Shown here: positions 59,401-64,000 of the stretch, piece after piece | Numbering within the stretch: the first letter of the stretch is position 1 | Layout of the letters: the number at the start of each line of letters is the position of its first letter | Made by a program: the position numbers and the translations under genes | IMG/VR virus record: IMGVR_UViG_3300029288_000094 | Source: an uncultured virus (IMG/VR IMGVR_UViG_3300029288_000094) | Taxonomy: Duplodnaviria > Heunggongvirae > Uroviricota > Caudoviricetes | DNA length: 64,000 nt | Strand: one strand, 5' to 3' | The notes under the pieces: model-generated | What the model was told of the DNA's origin: nothing | Databases searched by the model: none | The model's input: only the letters and a program-made list of their open reading frames with translations

Positions 59401-59681
59401 TATTCTAAAGGTGAAAGTAGATTGTTCAAATCCACTTCTACATCAACTTCAGTTTTAGCATTCACTGATTTAATTTTAGCATCAGCAAGAGCTAAGAAGT
59501 TCTGAAGTTCTACTATCTTCTTATCTACTTTCTTAACATCATACTGAGGTTCATCAGTAGAATTAGAAGTGCCTAAAAAAGTTCTCCTAACGGCAGTACC
59601 ACTTCTCAACGCCTTTAAATCACCAAGCCTTTCTCTTATTATTTTCATAGTAACTAAAAGTTCATTTACAGTTGGTTTCAT
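59400..59681 (-). CDS. Small helical-hairpin protein (93 aa), DIP1984-like by resemblance
   Basis: Start MKPTVNELL with AGGAG RBS; ..RERL.DL..LR....EPQYD.......IKSVNAKTEV pattern. Confidence 0.6.
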   Translation of the reverse strand: MKPTVNELLVTMKIIRERLGDLKALRSGTAVRRTFLGTSNSTDEPQYDVKKVDKKIVELQNFLALADAKIKSVNAKTEVDVEVDLNNLLSPLE

Positions 59682-59682
59682 T

Positions 59683-59928
59683 TTATTCTCCTTTATATAA
59701 TTCATAATCTTTTTTTGGTCTAAAAGGAGGCAACATATCTGCTCCTTTTCTCCTAAACTCAACCCATGTCCTACATTTAGGACAGGAGGTATAAAACCTA
59801 TCAACATACCAATACGGTATTTCCTCCATTATATTAGGCTCATAATCTTTAGATTGAAAATCATTTAATACCTCCCCACAACTAGGGCAAGTGGTTTCAA
59901 AGTTTCTTATGTAATTGAATAACCCCAT
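59683..59928 (-). CDS. Zn-ribbon protein
   Basis: MG.F....CPSCG...FQSK...CPKC. Confidence 0.6.
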   Translation of the reverse strand: MGLFNYIRNFETTCPSCGEVLNDFQSKDYEPNIMEEIPYWYVDRFYTSCPKCRTWVEFRRKGADMLPPFRPKKDYELYKGE

Positions 59929-59989
59929 AATTTTTTATCTCTCTATATATTATATACAATATTTTGAAGCAAATCTGGCAATTTATTTT

Positions 59990-60931
59990 TCATTTTTTTA
60001 AAAATATTTCACTGACAGCTAAAACAATAGATGAAAACCCTGTCTGTTGGTCAACTGGTCTATCAAATATCTCTAACATGTGCAGAAATTGCACAGCTTC
60101 ATTTTCAGTTTTACTTTTTAAAATACAACCAGTTAAGTAATTCATAACCTGAATTTTGATAGATAAGGGGTTCACATCTTTTAGCTTACCGAGTAACTGT
60201 ATTACTTTGATATAAGCATTAGATTCATAATACCTGCTACCAACTATAGCCCTGCATAAATCTATTACTTCTGGCTTATCTTCAGAAGTTCTTAAGATTT
60301 TCTGCACTTCTTCCAGTGTACTGCACATTCTCACCATTGAAAGATACACTAATGCCTGTCTTGCACTACCATAACTTTCTTTAGCTATAAGAAATGCTGC
60401 TTTGTCAGGTAAATCTATTTTCTCTATTTCTGAAACTTGTTCAATCAATCCTACTAAATTATTTACAGATAAATCTTGAAGAGTGTATTTATGACATCTT
60501 GTTTGAATAGTTAATGGTACTTTTTCTACTTCAGTAGTGCAGAAACAAACATAGACATGTTCTGGAGGTTCTTCTATAAACTTAAGCCAACTTTTCCAAC
60601 TTTGTTGTGAAATACTATGTGCTTCATCAATAATGAGGAACTTAATACCATTGCCTTGTAATGATTTATATTTTAATCCATCGGCTATTATCCTCATATC
60701 GTCTATACCAGTATAAGTAGCACCATCTACTTCTACTAACTCAGCAGAATTAAGCATGTTAGAGATAATCCTACTAAGGGAAGTTTTTCCTGTACCACTA
60801 TTACCTATAAATAAAAAGGCATGTGGTACTTTTCCACTATTAAATAATTCTTGTATTGAGTTAGTTACATGGTTCTGTCCTATAACATTCTTCAGTAACT
60901 TGGGTCTATATTGCAAGTGTAAATCAGTCAA
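59990..60931 (-). CDS. Clamp loader subunit (DnaX/RFC-like AAA+)
   Basis: YRP...VIGQ, HAFLFIGNSGTGKT, IIDEAH, IEEPP, TIQTRC, GSARQA. Confidence 0.9.
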   Translation of the reverse strand: MTDLHLQYRPKLLKNVIGQNHVTNSIQELFNSGKVPHAFLFIGNSGTGKTSLSRIISNMLNSAELVEVDGATYTGIDDMRIIADGLKYKSLQGNGIKFLIIDEAHSISQQSWKSWLKFIEEPPEHVYVCFCTTEVEKVPLTIQTRCHKYTLQDLSVNNLVGLIEQVSEIEKIDLPDKAAFLIAKESYGSARQALVYLSMVRMCSTLEEVQKILRTSEDKPEVIDLCRAIVGSRYYESNAYIKVIQLLGKLKDVNPLSIKIQVMNYLTGCILKSKTENEAVQFLHMLEIFDRPVDQQTGFSSIVLAVSEIFLKK

Positions 60932-61817
60932 AGAATTTCCCCTTTCTGTCTTCTTTTTTAATATTACCTTTTAAATATTCTTCAAATGTAGATTTCATAA
61001 AGATACTCTGTGAATTAACCCAAGAAGATAATTTCCTATACATGTAGTCATCCCTAACATTTTTATGTTTCATACAAAATGCTCTCTGGTTCAACCCTTT
61101 TAAAACATTAAACCTGTATAAATCTTCTTCAAAAGTGGAATCAAACCCTACTATCACATAGAATATCCCCCTATTTATACCATTACGTTTTAATATGTCT
61201 ATACCTTTACGAACTTTATTCTCATCTTTAATATTGTCCCAAGCAAAGTGATACTCTTTATGTGATATAGATTTTATTATCTGTGCTTTCTCATCAGTTA
61301 CTAACCTTATATCTAAACCATTCTCCCTTAGTGTAAGATTTTCTTTCTTTATCTGTCCGAATATCTTCTTAATATGTTCAATAGGAGTAGCTAATATATT
61401 GTTATCAAGCAACTCTATTGTTTTGCTCTTTCCATCCCATATATCATATATATCTCCTACTACCTGAATATTACCTTCTTTTATTGGTACAACACAAAAC
61501 TTACATTTTCTTATACAACCAATCGAAGTAAATCCAATATTTATTTTTGGTTTAACTTGGTCTATCTCTTTAGGTAATTTTATAGTTAAATCATATCCTG
61601 TGCCACCAATGAAACAATCTTTTTTATTTTCAAACTTTTTAAGTTTGTTTATATTCCAGTCAAAGATACAGCTAACATAGGTAAGTTCTTTACCAGCTAA
61701 TAAATCTAAAGAATATATATCATATCCTTTGTCTTTATAAAATTTCTTTACCTTTTCTAAAGCAAGATTAGGTATTTTACTATCTATATTGATAACATTT
61801 ACTATCTTATTTTTCAT
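60924..61817 (-). CDS. Radical SAM protein
   Basis: GCIRKCKFC (CxxxCxxC); PNLAL.K, GGTG, LLDNN, GLDIRL; ATG 61817. Confidence 0.85.
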   Translation of the reverse strand: MKNKIVNVINIDSKIPNLALEKVKKFYKDKGYDIYSLDLLAGKELTYVSCIFDWNINKLKKFENKKDCFIGGTGYDLTIKLPKEIDQVKPKINIGFTSIGCIRKCKFCVVPIKEGNIQVVGDIYDIWDGKSKTIELLDNNILATPIEHIKKIFGQIKKENLTLRENGLDIRLVTDEKAQIIKSISHKEYHFAWDNIKDENKVRKGIDILKRNGINRGIFYVIVGFDSTFEEDLYRFNVLKGLNQRAFCMKHKNVRDDYMYRKLSSWVNSQSIFMKSTFEEYLKGNIKKEDRKGKFFD

Positions 61818-61818
61818 C

Positions 61819-62661
61819 TCACATAAACCCAAAATGTCTTGAATCCCACTTACCAATTTCTTCCATCTCAGCCCACCTAGTACCAATGCTACATTCTACT
61901 TCTAATGGCACTATCACCCAATCAAACATAGGTCTAACCATTTCTTTAGCTATAAATAGAATATCTTCTTCTACAGATTCTACAGGCACATAGAAATCAA
62001 GAGAATCATGAACATTAATAATATACTGATACTGAGGTTTATTTAACTTGTAAGCAAGTTCTGATAACCTGTCTCCTGCACCAAGACATATATCATATGA
62101 TGCTGTGCTTTGAATAGATAGATTTATTATTTTATTTATATTTAACGGAGCATGTCTTCTCCTTCCTGTAAGTGATTCTATGTAACCATGCCTGTCATAG
62201 AAATCTATTTGAGATTGTTGCCATTTCTTAACATCAGAGTAAATATCCCAGAATTCTTCAAATATACTAAAAGTGATATTTTGAGAAATGCCATAATTTG
62301 TTTGATAATGGTAAGCTACTGAATCTCTTGAAGAACCATAAAAACTTGCAAACACAAGATTAGTTTTTACATCACTCCTAAATTCCTTTTTAGTTATGTT
62401 ATATTTTTCTAATAAATCAGGACAGTCTTCAAGTATCCTTTCTGCCCACCTCATATGAGTGTCTTCTCCATCCCATATAGCTTTGCAGAATACTTCATCT
62501 TTGGAAGCCATTGCTAACAATCTTGCCTCTAACTGGGCATAATCCAAACTGACTATGACATGATTTTCAGGTGCTGTTATGATATTCCTGACTTCATAAC
62601 CTGCACCATGCCTAGGAAAGTTTTGGAGGTTCACACTCTTTAACTTATTAGAATTACTCAT
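61819..62661 (-). CDS. DNA polymerase family A, C-terminal part (motifs A, B, C)
   Basis: NLQNFP, DYAQLEAR (A), R..VK...FASFYG (B), GRRR, IQSTA, NVHDSL (C). Confidence 0.92.
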   Translation of the reverse strand: MSNSNKLKSVNLQNFPRHGAGYEVRNIITAPENHVIVSLDYAQLEARLLAMASKDEVFCKAIWDGEDTHMRWAERILEDCPDLLEKYNITKKEFRSDVKTNLVFASFYGSSRDSVAYHYQTNYGISQNITFSIFEEFWDIYSDVKKWQQSQIDFYDRHGYIESLTGRRRHAPLNINKIINLSIQSTASYDICLGAGDRLSELAYKLNKPQYQYIINVHDSLDFYVPVESVEEDILFIAKEMVRPMFDWVIVPLEVECSIGTRWAEMEEIGKWDSRHFGFM

Positions 62662-62671
62662 CTTTTTTTAC

Positions 62672-62845
62672 TCATTCTCTTTCAGCCTCATCTAAAACTC
62701 TATCTCTATACCCTTCTTCCCATTTCTCTTGTAGACAATTCTTACAAGGCATAACAAACAACTTGGTAGACCTTTCTACTTTAATTTGTTCACACAACCC
62801 TTCACCACAAACTGCACAATAAATTTGTAATTCTATTTTAGGCAT
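62672..62845 (-). CDS. Small Zn-finger protein between polymerase halves (57 aa, not in ORF track)
   Basis: MPKIELQIYCAVCGEGLC...PCKNCLQEKWEEGY. Confidence 0.65.
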   Translation of the reverse strand: MPKIELQIYCAVCGEGLCEQIKVERSTKLFVMPCKNCLQEKWEEGYRDRVLDEAERE

Positions 62846-63095
62846 TTGGTATCTTATATTTCCTTTCTAACACAGAACCACAGTATTCACATTTTCTTTC
62901 TTCTAATACTTCAGGTTCTACATAACCATCTATCCTTTCACCTTCATCATCCCAACTACCATTAGTTACATCTACCATATTAGACCATATGGCTATTTCT
63001 CCACAATATGGACATATATTAAAATCACTGTAAGCATCACATGTCCAATAATGTTGGTTCTTGCAAATATATTGAGTATACCCCTCATATGACAT
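62838..63095 (-). CDS. Zn-ribbon protein between polymerase halves
   Basis: MSYEGY.Q.IC..H...CPYCG...CEYCG. Confidence 0.65.
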   Translation of the reverse strand: MSYEGYTQYICKNQHYWTCDAYSDFNICPYCGEIAIWSNMVDVTNGSWDDEGERIDGYVEPEVLEERKCEYCGSVLERKYKIPNA

Positions 63096-63096
63096 A

Positions 63097-63315
63097 TTAC
63101 ACTCTTTTCCTTTTTCTCACTTTAATATTAATTTCATAATTAGCTGATTCACCAGTAAGCAACCCAGATAGTTCTGCTATGTGATAAAGAAAGTCTTCAA
63201 TACCTTCCTTATCCTTGTTGAATAAATTAGTTATATCAATATGCTCTTCATCAATCTTAGGTTCTATTACTATCCAACCATTCTGTGCCAAGTGTACTTC
63301 AAATAACTTAATCAT
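63097..63315 (-). CDS. Hypothetical protein between polymerase halves
   Basis: MIKLFEVHLAQNGWIV...; GGAG RBS. Confidence 0.6.
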   Translation of the reverse strand: MIKLFEVHLAQNGWIVIEPKIDEEHIDITNLFNKDKEGIEDFLYHIAELSGLLTGESANYEINIKVRKRKRV

Positions 63316-63400
63316 GTAGATTTTCTCCAATAATTATTATTGCCACCAAAAAAGATATAGCAATAATTAAAGGTATAATCCATTCTTTCCAGAATTTCAT
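63308..63400 (-). CDS. 30-aa single-TM peptide between polymerase halves
   Basis: MKFWKEWIIPLIIAISFLVAIIIIGENLHD; AGGAG RBS within the end of the N-half. Confidence 0.5.
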   Translation of the reverse strand: MKFWKEWIIPLIIAISFLVAIIIIGENLHD

Positions 63401-63401
63401 A

Positions 63402-63998
63402 CTACTCCTGACTTTTGCCTCCAGAAAGTCTCCCAGTCCCGGTAAACAGGAGATTAAATTGTGGATTAAGTATCCCATTAATAGATGCAGCTTCTACAGC
63501 ATCAACATAAGTAGACTTTCTTTTAGTGTAATCTCTAAATTCCATAACCAACTTAGCCAACTTGTTACCATATTCATTAATGAATTTTTTTAACACTTCA
63601 TTATCCACAGCATATTCTTTCTTCTTTCCAGTTTCCTTTAACTTAGGAAGTTTATAAATATCTTTAAATATAGTCACCAAGTGGTCAGGCGACAACGGGT
63701 TAAATTCTTTCCCAAATTGTTTCACTTCTTTAATCTCATTTATTTCTTTAGTAATTCTGTCAAGTTCTTTCTGGTATTTCTTCTGCAAAACCTTTATCTC
63801 ATTGTTATCAATTACAATACCTTTGTTTTGTACCACTGTTAATGTCACCGTTGTTTTTATGAGATTATTATAACATATTTTTAGCTGTTTGTCAAGTCTT
63901 TTCTGCTGTTCAAAGAATAATTTATAGGTGTATTTACTGTCCATGCCGTTATAGATTAGCACATCTTTAATATCACTTTTCAGTAAGTTCTTTCTATC
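63402..63998 (-). CDS. DNA polymerase family A, N-terminal part (end of 3'-5' exonuclease and thumb), 5'-truncated
   Basis: Frame open to the window edge; YNGMD (ExoIII), FNPLSP (thumb), EFRDYTKRKSTYV, TGTGRLS, then stop. Confidence 0.88.
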   Translation of the reverse strand, partial: DRKNLLKSDIKDVLIYNGMDSKYTYKLFFEQQKRLDKQLKICYNNLIKTTVTLTVVQNKGIVIDNNEIKVLQKKYQKELDRITKEINEIKEVKQFGKEFNPLSPDHLVTIFKDIYKLPKLKETGKKKEYAVDNEVLKKFINEYGNKLAKLVMEFRDYTKRKSTYVDAVEAASINGILNPQFNLLFTGTGRLSGGKSQE

Positions 63999-64000
63999 TA

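Noticed and set aside
59929..59989. Sigma70-like promoter on the - strand (TTGCCA/TTGCTT...TATAAT)
   Set aside because: Plausible AT-rich gap, but the -35/-10 spacing does not fit cleanly, so it was not called
62662..63401. Group I intron or split intein in the polymerase gap
   Set aside because: The gap is fully occupied by coupled small ORFs; no catalytic core or intein blocks recognised by eye (a covariance search is still needed)
1..64000. Stop-codon reassignment
   Set aside because: Long conserved genes are intact in the standard code, and TAA, TAG and TGA all terminate genes at sensible ends

Overview
This window is a 64-kb AT-rich segment of a large tailed dsDNA phage (siphovirus-like; both ends fall inside genes), with two convergent arms. 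The + arm (1-34.6 kb) starts with a mucin-like Ser/Thr/Pro/His repeat protein and a small fibre adaptor. It continues with an intein-containing portal fused to a MuF-like domain, an HK97-type protease and capsid, neck and tail tube genes, frameshifted tail chaperones, a tape measure and a lambda-like M/L/K/I-J tail tip. Next comes a fibre region in which several proteins carry Sec-type signal peptides, partly within a GC-richer island, followed by a lysis/peptidase module. The - arm (34.6-64 kb) holds a glycan-synthesis cluster (Gmd, Fcl, 4 glycosyltransferase-like genes, 2 methyltransferases), a Dam-like methylase, SbcCD, a resolvase, a class II RNR with an intein, RecA, an SSB, a UvsY-like protein, a clamp loader, a radical SAM protein and a family A DNA polymerase. 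Four free-standing homing endonucleases are scattered across the window. Most notable: (1) a candidate virion O-glycosylation system (mucin-like fibre plus GDP-fucose/GT/MTase cluster); (2) a PolA gene split without an intein inside TGRLS|NLQN, with four small genes between the halves; (3) signal-peptide-bearing, partly Cys-rich fibre proteins, one apparently split from the tail-tip protein; (4) a ~200-nt structured RNA directly after a small helical-protein gene, plus a second ~86-nt one; (5) an HNH element that replaced the C-terminus of SbcC and left the old tail stranded. All family assignments come from motif recognition by eye; no searches were run.
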